A DNA stretch of 64,000 nucleotides, taken from the NCBI GenBank assembly GCA_024222395.1, contig JAAEPE010000030.1, positions 2,920 through 66,919 of the forward strand, given 5' to 3'. The notes under the pieces are model-generated. The model saw only the letters and a list, made by a program, of their open reading frames with translations. It was not told the DNA's origin and did not search any database. Every line of letters starts with the position of its first letter. The stretch's first letter is position 1. A program made the position numbers and the translations under genes. This document shows, piece by piece, positions 51,075 through 60,615 of this stretch. This DNA is from Myxococcales bacterium. Its GTDB lineage: Bacteria > Myxococcota_A > Polyangia > Haliangiales > Haliangiaceae.

Positions 51075-51129
51075 AGATAGATAACAAGGAGTTGCGACCC
51101 TAGAACGTAACCCCAGCTAGGAACCCCGG

Positions 51130-52206
51130 CTAGGAGGAGATGAAGTCGACGATTTGCTTTGCGGCGTCGGGACGGCCCAGGGTCCGCATGGCGTTGGCCA
51201 TAGTCCGGCGCTTGGCGGTGTCGGTCATGAGATGTTTGAGCATGGCGGCGAGGCGTTTGCCGTCTTCGGGGCCTTGTTGCTTGAGCATCAGAGCGGCGCC
51301 TGCTTCGACCATTTCCTCGGCGTTGAGTTCTTGGTGGTTGTTGGCCGCATACGGGTAGGGCACGAGGATGGCGGGTCTTCCGACGATGCCGAGTTCGGCG
51401 ATGGTGGTAGCGCCGGCCCTGGCGACGATTAGGTCGGCGGCTCGGTATTCTTCTGCCATGTCGCTTATGAAGGCACGGCAGTCGGCTTCGATGCCAGCTT
51501 TCGCATACATAGCTTCTGTGGCCTCTTGAGTGGCCTTTCCTGTTTGATGGACGATGCTGGGACGCAGGCCTTGGGCGGAGAGCAGGCTCGCGGCCTGAGC
51601 ACACATTTCGTTAACGGCTTTGGCTCCTTGCGAGCCGCCGAAGATGAAGAGGCGAAACGGCTCATCTGCGTCCTTGCCGTCTTCTTGCAGGCTATCGAGG
51701 ATTTGGCGCCGAATGGGATTACCGACGAGGGCACTCTTCTTGGAACTGAAGAAGCTCTCGGAATGCGCGAAGCTAAGAAAAATTCTATGCGCAAACCTTC
51801 CGAGGATACGATTGGTGAGCCCAGGGATGGAGTTCTGCTCCAAGATGGCGGTCTTGATGCCCATGAGCTTGGCGGCCAAGACCACTGGACCGGATGCATA
51901 GCCACCGACACCGACTACCGCATCCGGTCGGAATTGCTCTAGGATGCGCCTGCTCTGCCTAAGCGAACCGGGAATGCGCAGGGCACCGCGCACCACACCC
52001 AAGGCCCCAACCGTCTTAAGGCCACTAACCTCGATGAGTTCGATATCCCAGCCAAGCTCGGGAACGACGCGGGCCTCGATCCCTCGAGCTGTACCGACAA
52101 AGAGCAGCTCCGCGCTCGGAACCCTTGTTAGGAGTTCTTCTGCAACAGCGATGCCTGGAAAGAGATGCCCTCCGGTGCCACCCCCGGCGATGAGTAGTCG
52201 GGTCAT
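51130..52206 (-). CDS. murG: undecaprenyldiphospho-muramoylpentapeptide beta-N-acetylglucosaminyltransferase
   Basis: LIAGGGTGGHLFPGIAVAEEL, FGGSQGA, ARAGATTIAEL. Confidence 0.92.
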   Translation of the reverse strand: MTRLLIAGGGTGGHLFPGIAVAEELLTRVPSAELLFVGTARGIEARVVPELGWDIELIEVSGLKTVGALGVVRGALRIPGSLRQSRRILEQFRPDAVVGVGGYASGPVVLAAKLMGIKTAILEQNSIPGLTNRILGRFAHRIFLSFAHSESFFSSKKSALVGNPIRRQILDSLQEDGKDADEPFRLFIFGGSQGAKAVNEMCAQAASLLSAQGLRPSIVHQTGKATQEATEAMYAKAGIEADCRAFISDMAEEYRAADLIVARAGATTIAELGIVGRPAILVPYPYAANNHQELNAEEMVEAGAALMLKQQGPEDGKRLAAMLKHLMTDTAKRRTMANAMRTLGRPDAAKQIVDFISS

Positions 52207-53405
52207 TCTACTACCAGGATTGCGCGTTTCTTGCGTCTGGTGCCGCCAATAGAATTTACAAGCTCGCGCTCACGATGCTTGGCCGGTCGGCATTGGCCGA
52301 TGTTGAGAAGCAGGCCTGCCAGATAGAGGGAGACCATGAGAGAGGTGCCGCCATAGCTCACGAAGGGCAGGGTAAGCCCCTTCGCTGGAAGGATGCCAAG
52401 CACGACGCCCGTGTTGATGAGAGCTTGGTAGGCGAAGGCGAGAGTAATGCCAAAGGCAAGGTAGGAGCCGAAGGCGTCGCGTGCACCAAGGGCTGCGTGA
52501 ATGCCACGCCAAATAAGCACCGCGAAGAGGAAGAGAACCAGGCAAACACCCACGAAGCCCATTTCCTCACCAATGCTAGATATGATGAAGTCGGAGTGCC
52601 CTTCCGGCATGTAACCAAGTTGCTGGCGGCCGAGGCCCAGTCCGGAACCAGTGGTGCCACCGGAGCCAATGCCGATTTGTGCTTGCACGACCTGGTAAGC
52701 AACGCCCTGTTTGTAGGCCTCTGGGTTGAAGTAGGCCATGAAGCGTTGAAGCCTCCATGGCGTGCCGATGATCATTCCGTAGGCGAGGGGAGCTGCGGCA
52801 AGCACCGCTAGCACAAGATAGGAGATCTTCGTACCCGCAACGAAGAGCATAGTGAGGGTCGTCGCGACGAGAATGATGGACGAGCCCAAGTCGGGCTGTT
52901 CGAGAAGTAGCCCCATCATGATGGCGCAGACCAAGAGATGAGGAACGAACCCCACACCGAACTCTTTGACCTTGTCGGCCTTCTTGCTGAGACTGTATGC
53001 GAGGTAGGTAATGAGGGCGACCTTCGCCAGCTCAACGGGCTGAAAGGAGAGCGGTCCGACTATGAACCAGCGGCGAGCGCCATTTAGGGTGGCACCAAAG
53101 ACCAGTACTCCGACAAGCATGCAGAGAGAAATCGCCAGTAGCGGGTAGGTCCATCGCCTGAGCCATTGGTAATTGCCGATGCTGCCGAGCACGAGTGCGC
53201 CCATTCCCAAGCCCAACCAGGCGAGTTGCCGCTCTAGAAAGAAGAGGGAATCACCGTGCTTCTTGAGCGCGTAGACTGCGCTCGATGAGAAGACCTCGAC
53301 GGAGCCAATTACTAGGAGTCCTAGGAGGGCGGCGAGGAGCCAGAGATCGAATGGCCGTGATTCGGCGGGAGCCACCGGCACCTGGTTCTTAATACTTCCC
53401 TCCAT
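52203..53405 (-). CDS. ftsW: FtsW/RodA/SpoVE-family peptidoglycan polymerase (FtsW by position)
   Basis: About 10 TM helices, SGGTTGSGLGLG...PEGHSDFI, LPFVSYGGTS. ATG 53405 is chosen because the 112-aa upstream extension in the track is non-membrane and low-complexity. ATGA overlap with murG. Confidence 0.85.
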   Translation of the reverse strand: MEGSIKNQVPVAPAESRPFDLWLLAALLGLLVIGSVEVFSSSAVYALKKHGDSLFFLERQLAWLGLGMGALVLGSIGNYQWLRRWTYPLLAISLCMLVGVLVFGATLNGARRWFIVGPLSFQPVELAKVALITYLAYSLSKKADKVKEFGVGFVPHLLVCAIMMGLLLEQPDLGSSIILVATTLTMLFVAGTKISYLVLAVLAAAPLAYGMIIGTPWRLQRFMAYFNPEAYKQGVAYQVVQAQIGIGSGGTTGSGLGLGRQQLGYMPEGHSDFIISSIGEEMGFVGVCLVLFLFAVLIWRGIHAALGARDAFGSYLAFGITLAFAYQALINTGVVLGILPAKGLTLPFVSYGGTSLMVSLYLAGLLLNIGQCRPAKHRERELVNSIGGTRRKKRAILVVE

Positions 53406-53505
53406 GCCTCCAGTGTTTATCGGCCCGCTTCTATATGGCCAGTTTTTTGCCTCACTTGGCGGACGGCATCTCAACCTGCGAGTGAGGTGACCGATCCCAG
53501 AGGCT

Positions 53506-53754
53506 ATGGGTACCGTCAAGACTCTCTTCCTAGGCCTCGCTCTCACCGCAATCGCTGGGTGCGGCAACAGCACTCTCGACGACGTGGAGGACGCCAAGGA
53601 CAAGATCTGTGCTTGCAAAGATAGCGCGTGTGCCGTCAAAGTGAAGAAGGAGTCGAAAGGGCTCCGCGCCAAGGTCAAGGAGTTGACTAACGAGGACAAA
53701 CTCAAGGCGATGAAGTTCGGAAAACAAGCCGCGGCTTGCATGGCGAAGCTCTAG
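53506..53754 (+). CDS. small Cys-rich lipoprotein
   Basis: Lipobox LTAIAG|CGNS. 82 aa. Oriented against the surrounding dcw genes. Confidence 0.5.
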   Translation: MGTVKTLFLGLALTAIAGCGNSTLDDVEDAKDKICACKDSACAVKVKKESKGLRAKVKELTNEDKLKAMKFGKQAAACMAKL

Positions 53755-53852
53755 GGGGGGCGCAAGGAGCGCAACAGTTCCCCGAGCCGAAACGCAAAAC
53801 GCAGACACCCAGTGAGGATGCCGGCGTTTGTGAGTCTAGCTGCCAAGGGCGG

Positions 53853-54054
53853 CTAGACCGTCGAGCGAAAAGAGTGACCGAGGATGGTGAGTTCTGATCT
53901 TTCGAGCGAAAAGAGTGACCGAGGATGGTGAGTTCTGATCTTTCGAGTGCAAGGCGCGAATGAGGATCTTGCCGGGGCAATGACGAAATGAGCAACGCTG
54001 CAATCGGGAAAGCAGGACCATTAGACCGATCATTGTTTACGCTCGGCGGTCTAG
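53853..54054 (-). mobile_element. MITE-like element, copy 3 (inverted, 202 bp, internal 41-bp tandem duplication)
   Basis: It is the reverse complement of copies 1 and 2. The duplicated unit is 53861-53901 / 53902-53942. There is one 1-bp deletion. CTAG at both ends. Confidence 0.75.
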
Positions 54055-54305
54055 TACTCGATGTAGACGACACCATCGGCACCGGCGCCACCAGCAGCGC
54101 GTTCAGTATTGATGCCGAAGTCGAGAGCGCCGTCGCCATTGAGGTCGGCGCCGCTCTCAACCTTGAGACCACCGTCGTCGCAGTTTTCACCCGCAGCTTC
54201 AGCGCTGGCGGCGATGAGTGAACTGATGGCGTCGTCGCCATCGCTAGCACAGCCGGCAAAAACAACCGAGCTGAGCGCTGCTGCAAAGAGAAATGAACTC
54301 CTCAT
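54051..54305 (-). CDS. small secreted lipoprotein (Asp/Gly-rich)
   Basis: Lipobox VVFAG|CASDG. The stop codon (CTA 54051-54053) lies in the terminal CTAG of MITE copy 3. Confidence 0.45.
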   Translation of the reverse strand: MRSSFLFAAALSSVVFAGCASDGDDAISSLIAASAEAAGENCDDGGLKVESGADLNGDGALDFGINTERAAGGAGADGVVYIEY

Positions 54306-54511
54306 AGTGACCTCCCCAAGATCTTCTATGTGTTGGACCAGCCGAAATGGCTAGTGCAGTTTCGCTTGGAAACTCCCCCGAGTATCCAAGTCATGCGCAA
54401 TGAAGGTCGAGGCGCTCTGCAGACGCAACTGATAGAGTCGTCACTCTTGAATAATCTCGCGTAAGCACATTTCATCGGTAAGGGTGTCAAGAGCAAGAGG
54501 GGAGCAGCACC

Positions 54512-54542
54512 GCGCGCTGCGAATATCGCATCTTCAGCGCGC
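54512..54542 (-). terminator. possible hairpin terminator downstream of murD
   Basis: GCGCGCTG ... CAGCGCGC, a perfect 8-bp stem 16 nt after the murD stop. There is no clear U-tract. Confidence 0.25.
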
Positions 54543-54557
54543 CGGAAACGAAATCCG

Positions 54558-55943
54558 CTAATTTGCGAGCTGTGAGAGTGTTTCTAGCGCAGCTCGAAAG
54601 GCCATGCCGCGCTCGCCGAAGTTCTTGTACATATCGTAGCTTGAACACGCGGGCGAGAGCACGACTGCCTCACCCTCGTTCGCAAGATCTGTGGCCTTGG
54701 CTACGGCATCATTCATGTCGATTGCATCGACGACGGAAAGATCGACTCCGAAGTCTTCGGCGGCCTTGCGAATGATCGGCGCCGCTTGCCCGATGAGCAC
54801 CATACCGGTGGCCACCTGAGCGAGCACGTCAAACATCTCGTCGTAGGCTCCGCCTTTGTCTACGCCGCCGGCAATGAGCACGAGCTTGCGAGGAAAGCCC
54901 TTAAGACTTGCTGCGACTGCTGCGACGTTCGTGCCCTTGGAGTCGTCAAAGTACTGGACGCCCCCTTCTTCGCCTACGAGCTCCATACGATGCTTCTGAG
55001 GGGTGAAGGCTCGGGCACCTTTGCGGATAGCGCCGGGTTCGACGCCCGCCAGCCGAGCACAGAGATACGCAGCCATCGCGTTTTCCATGTTGTGGTTGCC
55101 GATGATGGGTAGGTCGCCTATTGGGTAGTGCTCGACGAGTTTGTCGATGGTGATAAGTAGCTTGTCTTCTTCTCGGTCAATGGATGCGCCGAGGGCTGGC
55201 GAGGCATCAGGTGTCGAGTCGAAGAGGTGCAAGGTTGCGGGTGATCCGGTTGCGCCCTCCATCGTTCTCGCATCGCAGGCATTGGCAATGGCGTGGTCGC
55301 TCTCTTCTAGCCACGCGAAGATCCGCGTCTTCATGGATGCGTAGACGTCGAAGGTGCCGTAGCGCTCCAAGTGATCTGGGCTTATGTTGAGGCAAGCGGC
55401 AATGCTCGGGCGAAAGCTCGTGCAGGTCTCGAGCATGAAGCCTGCGACCTCGGCGACAATGAGTCCTCCCTCACAATTGGCCGAATGATTGACGGCTTCG
55501 ATGAGTGGGTGATTGCCGAGGTTGCCACCGCAGAATGTCGGGCGTCCGGATGCTTCGCAAAGCAATCCAGTAAGCGCTGTCGTCGTGGACTTGCCATTGG
55601 TTCCGGTGATGGCGATGAGGGTCGCACCGGGGTGAAGGAACCGATACGCGAGTTCAATCTCCGCGATGACTTCGACTCCAGCTTCTCGTGCAGCACGAGT
55701 TGCGTCGAGCTCGGGAACACCAGGGCTCATGACGACTAGGTCGGCATCAGTGAAGGTAGCGACGGTGTGTCCGCCGAGATCGAGCTCGCAGCCTTCGAGC
55801 TGCGCTACTCGCGCTTCCAGCTGCGCCGCGGGCTTGCCATCGCTCACGGTTACTCGAGCACCTCGCTCGCGACAGAAGTTCGCAACGCAGATGCCGGTTT
55901 GAGCCAGACCAACTACTACAACATGTTTGCCAGTGAGATCCAC
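54558..55943 (-). CDS. murD: UDP-N-acetylmuramoylalanine--D-glutamate ligase
   Basis: VVVGLAQTGICVANF, ITGTNGKSTTT, Mur ligase C-domain. Confidence 0.9.
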   Translation of the reverse strand: MDLTGKHVVVVGLAQTGICVANFCRERGARVTVSDGKPAAQLEARVAQLEGCELDLGGHTVATFTDADLVVMSPGVPELDATRAAREAGVEVIAEIELAYRFLHPGATLIAITGTNGKSTTTALTGLLCEASGRPTFCGGNLGNHPLIEAVNHSANCEGGLIVAEVAGFMLETCTSFRPSIAACLNISPDHLERYGTFDVYASMKTRIFAWLEESDHAIANACDARTMEGATGSPATLHLFDSTPDASPALGASIDREEDKLLITIDKLVEHYPIGDLPIIGNHNMENAMAAYLCARLAGVEPGAIRKGARAFTPQKHRMELVGEEGGVQYFDDSKGTNVAAVAASLKGFPRKLVLIAGGVDKGGAYDEMFDVLAQVATGMVLIGQAAPIIRKAAEDFGVDLSVVDAIDMNDAVAKATDLANEGEAVVLSPACSSYDMYKNFGERGMAFRAALETLSQLAN

Positions 55944-55952
55944 GGCGCGAGC

Positions 55953-57101
55953 CTAGCGCAGCTTCAGCGTGCCCAGGGCCATTAGGGCTAGCATGATGCT
56001 AATGAGCCAGAAGCGAACGATGATCTTTGGCTCCTCCCACCCCTTCAGTTCGAAGTGGTGGTGAATCGGGGCCATGCGGAAGACCCGCTTGTTTCGCATC
56101 TTGTAGGAGCCGACCTGGATGATGACGCTGAGGGTCTCAAATACGAAGAGCCCACCCACGATCAGCAGCACGAGCTCGTTCTTGGTGAGCACGGCGAGCA
56201 TGCCGATTGCGGCCCCGAGGCCGAGGGCACCAACGTCGCCCATGAAGACGCTTGCCGGGTAGGTGTTGTACCAGAGGAATCCGATGCCGGCGCCGAACAT
56301 ACTCGCGCAGAAGATGGCGAGTTCTTCGCTACCCGGAAGGTGTGCAACATGCAGGTATTCGGCGAGTTTCACGGGCTGAAGCTCACCGCCGACATGCACC
56401 ATCAGACTTGTCTGAACACCCGCGATGTAGGCCAAAACCATGAAGGTACCGGCGTTAATCACTGCCGGGCCGATGGCGAGTCCGTCGAGTCCGTCCGTGA
56501 GATTGACGGCGTTCGCGGTTCCTACGACCACCATGGTTGCAAACCCTATGTAGAGCCAGAGTGGCAGCACCCAGTGATTCTCGTAGAAATTGGTGAAGGG
56601 CAGCTGGAACCATAGAGCGAGCTCGGTCGGTAGGGTGTTTGAGGCAAAGAAAAACGTCAAGGCAGAACCGGCGATGGCGAATTCTGCGAGAAGGCGGATC
56701 TTTCCTGAAAGACCTTTGGAGTTTTTCTTAGTGATCTTTAGATAGTCGTCGACAAATCCAATGATGCCAAAACCCATCGTGACGAGCAGAGTAAGCCAGA
56801 CGAAACGGTTGTAAAGGTCGCACCAAAGAAGGGTCGAGAAGGCGAGAACGAAGAGTATGAGCGACCCACCCATGGTGGGGGTTCCGGACTTGGCCTGATG
56901 GCTCTCCGGGCCGTCTTCCCGGATGACTTGACCAATTTGTTTAGAGCGAAGTCGGTTGATGAACCATGGGCCGAGCAGGAAGGACATGGAGAGCGAGGTA
57001 ATCGCTGCCGCCAGAATCCGGGTACTCAGGTAGCGAAAGACACGTAGAAACCCAAGGCCCTCGATGTCGGAAAGTACGTCGTAGAAGAGATGAAAAAGCA
57101 T
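55953..57101 (-). CDS. mraY: phospho-N-acetylmuramoyl-pentapeptide transferase
   Basis: [39 protein letters not shown]. Confidence 0.92.
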   Translation of the reverse strand: MLFHLFYDVLSDIEGLGFLRVFRYLSTRILAAAITSLSMSFLLGPWFINRLRSKQIGQVIREDGPESHQAKSGTPTMGGSLILFVLAFSTLLWCDLYNRFVWLTLLVTMGFGIIGFVDDYLKITKKNSKGLSGKIRLLAEFAIAGSALTFFFASNTLPTELALWFQLPFTNFYENHWVLPLWLYIGFATMVVVGTANAVNLTDGLDGLAIGPAVINAGTFMVLAYIAGVQTSLMVHVGGELQPVKLAEYLHVAHLPGSEELAIFCASMFGAGIGFLWYNTYPASVFMGDVGALGLGAAIGMLAVLTKNELVLLIVGGLFVFETLSVIIQVGSYKMRNKRVFRMAPIHHHFELKGWEEPKIIVRFWLISIMLALMALGTLKLR

Positions 57102-57106
57102 TGGGA

Positions 57107-60040
57107 TTACCGGCTCTCGCCTGTCTGCGACTCAGTGTGCATCGAATCGGCTACTCGCTCCAGTTCCATGCCACGCGAGGCCTTCAGCAAGATCCAGTCC
57201 CCCGGCTCGGTGCAGGCAAGGGCCGCCCTGGCTGCCGCTAGTGGATCGGCTGCGGACCATGCCTCGCCGCCCGAGCCGGCTGCACCGGCGACGATGCTTG
57301 TTCGAAACTCTCCCATCGCGACAACCGGAATGCGGAGACCTGCCACGTGCTCTCCGACTCGCTCGTGCGCCGCAGCAGATTGCTCACCCAACTCGAGCAT
57401 ATCCCCGAGCACCGCGAAGGCTTGGCGACCAGAGCGGAGCTCCTCGAGGGTCCGCAGGGCGGCTTCCATGGAGGTTGGGTTGGCGTTGTAGCAGTCGACC
57501 AAGACCTTGCGGCCGGCTATCTCGCGGATCTCACCGCGCATCGGAGGTGCCTTGACTCGTGCCATGCTCTCAGCGGCGCTCTCCAGGCTGGCTCCTGCTG
57601 AGATGGCGGCCAAGAGGGCTGCGCACGCATTGATCGCGTTGTGCTTGCCGACGAGAGCAAGGTCGATCTTGAGTGTCTCTTCCTCGTACTCCACTTCGAT
57701 CGTGCAACCGCCTGCGCCCTGAGGCTGGTAGCTTGCGAGGCAGAGGTCGGCATCACTCGTGGTTTCGCCGGTGCTATCCCCAAAGCTCTTGCGGGTATCG
57801 CAGGCTCGGGCAAGGTCGCCGAGGCGCGGGTCGTCCTCTGGATAGATGCCAATGCCACCACCTGTGTGACGCTCGTAAATCTCACCCTTGGCTCGGGCAA
57901 TGGCGGCCGGCGAACCCAGTCGACCAACATGGGCCGTACCTGCATTGGTCACCACAGCGACGTCTGGTAGAGCGATGTTGGCGAGGTAGTCGATTTCCCC
58001 GAGGCCGCGCATTCCCATCTCGATGACGGCGAAGTCGTGATGAGGACGAATTCCAAGGAGGGTGAGGGGGACTCCCGTCTCGTTGTTGTTTGAGCCCGCA
58101 GCAGCATGCACGCGGCCAGCCCCGCGAAGGGCCGTTGCGAGCAAGTCCTTGGTAGTCGTCTTGCCGGCTGAGCCCGTGATGCCAATGACTTTGCCGCCCC
58201 AGTCTTGGCGGTGCTTTCGAGCAATGTGTCCGAGAGCTTCGCGAGGGTCGTCAACCTCGATGACTGTTGCTCCCGAGAACCCTTTGCCGCGACCCTTCTC
58301 AAGCAGGAGTCCGGTAGCGCCAGCGTCGAGTGCTTGTTGGCAGAAATCGTGACCGTCGAAATTCTCTCCCCTAATCGCGACATAGAGATCACCCGGGGCG
58401 GCAGATCGCCCGTCAATGATGACTCGGGAAAACTCTGAACATGGCTCCTCCGCAATACACGTGCCGCCCGTCTCGAGTAGGATGCTGTCTTTAGAAAACG
58501 ACTTGCGAGCCTTGCATGCGGCAGCCGCCTCTTCTCGATCGTCGAAGTGAACCTTCTCGGTACCGAGGATTTGGTAGTCCTCATGGCCCTTGCCGGCAAT
58601 GAGCGCGACATCGCTAGGTGTTGCTTCTGCAACGGCGGCGGCAATCGCTACGCGCCTGTCGACGTCGGCGAAGAAGGCATTGGGCACAGACGAAGTAATC
58701 ATGTCCAAGATCGACTGTGGATCTTCGGTTCGTGGATTATCAGAGGTAATGAAGGCAAGGTCGGCCGCGTCGGCGACCGCTGCTCCCATTTGTGGGCGCT
58801 TGTCTGGATCTCTATCTCCGCCGCAGCCAAAGACGCAGAGCAGCCTGGCCTTCGTAAGCGGCTTCAACGCTGCCAGCACGTTCACCAATGCGTCTGGCGT
58901 GTGGGCATAGTCGACTAGAATGTTGAGCCCGGCGCTATTGGCAACACGCTCGACTCTCCCTGGCACCCCGCGCATCTCGGAGATGCCCTTTGCGATCACA
59001 TCGTGTGCAAAGCCCAGAGCCTCGCCGATGCCTACCGCAAGAGCGATGTTATCGACGTTGTAGTGGCCAATGAGCGCCTCTGAGGAGATCTTGAGCTTGC
59101 CGGTGGGAGTGGCAATTTCTGTCTTAATCCCACCGATCGAAGAGGTGAAGGAGAGTACGCGAATCTCTGCGTCTGCATCGGCGCGCCGTGAGACTCGCAA
59201 GACCCTGGCTGCGCCGGCAGCCTCGGCCATGAAGGCCCCGGCCTCATCATCGATGTTGATGACGGCAACGCCCTGTGGCGCCATCTGTTCGCCAAAGAGC
59301 CTGGCCTTGGCATCTCGGTACTCATGCATCGTCTTATGAATGTCGAGATGATCTTGGCTTAGATTGCTAAATGCAGCGACATCAAACTGGGTGCCGACGA
59401 GGCGGTCCATGTGCAGAGCAGCCGAGGAGACCTCGAGAAGCGCCGTATCGCAGCCCTCGGCCTTCATCTTCGTGAAGGCGTCTTGCAGGACTAGTGGGGT
59501 TGGCGTCGTATAGGGGGCAGCCTTCTCCTTGCCCATCCATCGGTAGCTCACAGTGCCGAGCACGCCAGGTTTCTTGCCTGCTGCTTCCAGCACGGCCTCG
59601 ATGAGATAACTCGTGGTTGTCTTGCCGTTGGTCCCCGTGATGCCAATGGTCGTGATCGAGTCTGCGGGACGACCCGCTGCATGAGCGGCGAGGATTCCTA
59701 GAGCGCGGCTCGAACAGGCTACCAAGAGCTGGGGCAAGTCGGTCTTGAGTTTTCGTTCGACGACCAAGGCCGCGGCGCCGTTCTTGATTGCGGCGTCAGC
59801 GTAGTTGTGCCCATCGACACTCATACCTTTGACGGCTACGAAAAGTTCTCCCTTGCGCACGTGCCTCGAGTCGTCTCGCACCCCAGATATTTCGAGGGAC
59901 TCATCGCCAGTGCCCAGGAGTTGTGCCGACGTTAGGGCTGCGAGGTCCGCGAGGCTCATGCCTAGTGAACGCCCGATAGGTGCCCCAGCATTCGAAGAAT
60001 CGATGGCTGAGGTTGCGATTTGTCTCTTCTTGAAGCCCAC
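57107..60040 (-). CDS. murE/murF: bifunctional MurE (meso-DAP-adding) / MurF (D-Ala-D-Ala-adding) ligase fusion
   Basis: N-terminal half: [40 protein letters not shown]-terminal half: [44 protein letters not shown]. It is one uninterrupted 977-codon frame. The start may be ATG 59959. Confidence 0.88.
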   Translation of the reverse strand: MGFKKRQIATSAIDSSNAGAPIGRSLGMSLADLAALTSAQLLGTGDESLEISGVRDDSRHVRKGELFVAVKGMSVDGHNYADAAIKNGAAALVVERKLKTDLPQLLVACSSRALGILAAHAAGRPADSITTIGITGTNGKTTTSYLIEAVLEAAGKKPGVLGTVSYRWMGKEKAAPYTTPTPLVLQDAFTKMKAEGCDTALLEVSSAALHMDRLVGTQFDVAAFSNLSQDHLDIHKTMHEYRDAKARLFGEQMAPQGVAVINIDDEAGAFMAEAAGAARVLRVSRRADADAEIRVLSFTSSIGGIKTEIATPTGKLKISSEALIGHYNVDNIALAVGIGEALGFAHDVIAKGISEMRGVPGRVERVANSAGLNILVDYAHTPDALVNVLAALKPLTKARLLCVFGCGGDRDPDKRPQMGAAVADAADLAFITSDNPRTEDPQSILDMITSSVPNAFFADVDRRVAIAAAVAEATPSDVALIAGKGHEDYQILGTEKVHFDDREEAAAACKARKSFSKDSILLETGGTCIAEEPCSEFSRVIIDGRSAAPGDLYVAIRGENFDGHDFCQQALDAGATGLLLEKGRGKGFSGATVIEVDDPREALGHIARKHRQDWGGKVIGITGSAGKTTTKDLLATALRGAGRVHAAAGSNNNETGVPLTLLGIRPHHDFAVIEMGMRGLGEIDYLANIALPDVAVVTNAGTAHVGRLGSPAAIARAKGEIYERHTGGGIGIYPEDDPRLGDLARACDTRKSFGDSTGETTSDADLCLASYQPQGAGGCTIEVEYEEETLKIDLALVGKHNAINACAALLAAISAGASLESAAESMARVKAPPMRGEIREIAGRKVLVDCYNANPTSMEAALRTLEELRSGRQAFAVLGDMLELGEQSAAAHERVGEHVAGLRIPVVAMGEFRTSIVAGAAGSGGEAWSAADPLAAARAALACTEPGDWILLKASRGMELERVADSMHTESQTGESR

Positions 60041-60185
60041 GAGGTGTCTCGATTCTATGCGCTCGGCTCGGAACGGGCCTCTTTCTTGCGGAGCAAATGT
60101 ACGAAATGTCTTCGTAAAAACAGCGTGTTAGAGCTTCCATGGGGAATGCTAGCAACCAGGAGAGGTCCCCCCCGATACGTGCGGC

Positions 60186-60365
60186 GTGTGTAGCCTAGGT
60201 CTACGGAAGCTGCAGGCTGATACCGCTGGTTCAGTGTTGGTCGAATACACGGTGCTCATGGCGCTCGTCGCCGTTGGCGCTTCGGCAGCCATTTACGCCA
60301 TCGGCGTTCCGTTGGTTGCTCGCTATCAGCTGATGAAGATGCTGATCGGCTTGCCGCTTCCGTAG
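60186..60365 (+). CDS. flp: Flp-family type IVb pilin (59 aa, absent from the ORF track)
   Basis: My own translation: (M)CSLGLRKLQADTAG|SVLVEYTVLMALVAVGASAAIYAIGVPLVARYQLMKMLIGLPLP*. It fits the Flp processing motif G/XXXXEY followed by a hydrophobic helix. The GTG start has AGGAGAGG ~20 nt upstream. Confidence 0.7.
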   Translation: MCSLGLRKLQADTAGSVLVEYTVLMALVAVGASAAIYAIGVPLVARYQLMKMLIGLPLP

Positions 60366-60407
60366 TTCCTTGCGCACCCCCCCTAACCCCCAACCTGGAG
60401 AAGAACG

Positions 60408-60611
60408 ATGAAGAAAATGAATACGAAGATCGACGCTCAATACGACTGCGATGAGAATCTGACTAGGGATACTCGCGGACTGAGCACAGTGGAGTATCTG
60501 ATTCTGCTTGTGGTGATTGGCGTTGCTGGCATCACGGTTTGGCAGAAGGTTGGGGAGTCCATTGATAACAAGGCCACGAGTTCGAGGCAATCCCTCGACT
60601 CCATGCAGTAG
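60408..60611 (+). CDS. flp: Flp-family type IVb pilin
   Basis: ...TRG|LSTVEYLILLVVIGVAGITVW fits G/XXXXEY. Confidence 0.8.
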   Translation: MKKMNTKIDAQYDCDENLTRDTRGLSTVEYLILLVVIGVAGITVWQKVGESIDNKATSSRQSLDSMQ

Positions 60612-60615
60612 CCCC

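Noticed and set aside
51011-51604. 197-aa Arg/Pro/His-rich minus-strand ORF
   Set aside because: It overlaps murG in another frame and extends into the repeat region. Its composition is characteristic of an out-of-frame GC-rich translation.
53406-53741. 112-codon upstream extension of ftsW in the track
   Set aside because: It is low-complexity, has no TM segments, and overlaps the oppositely oriented small lipoprotein gene. ATG 53405 begins right before the first TM helix.
60140-60154. TGGGGAATGCTAGCA upstream of flp, considered as a sigma-54 -24/-12 promoter
   Set aside because: The GG-to-GC spacing is one nucleotide short of the TGGCAC-N5-TTGC consensus, and the flanking bases do not match.
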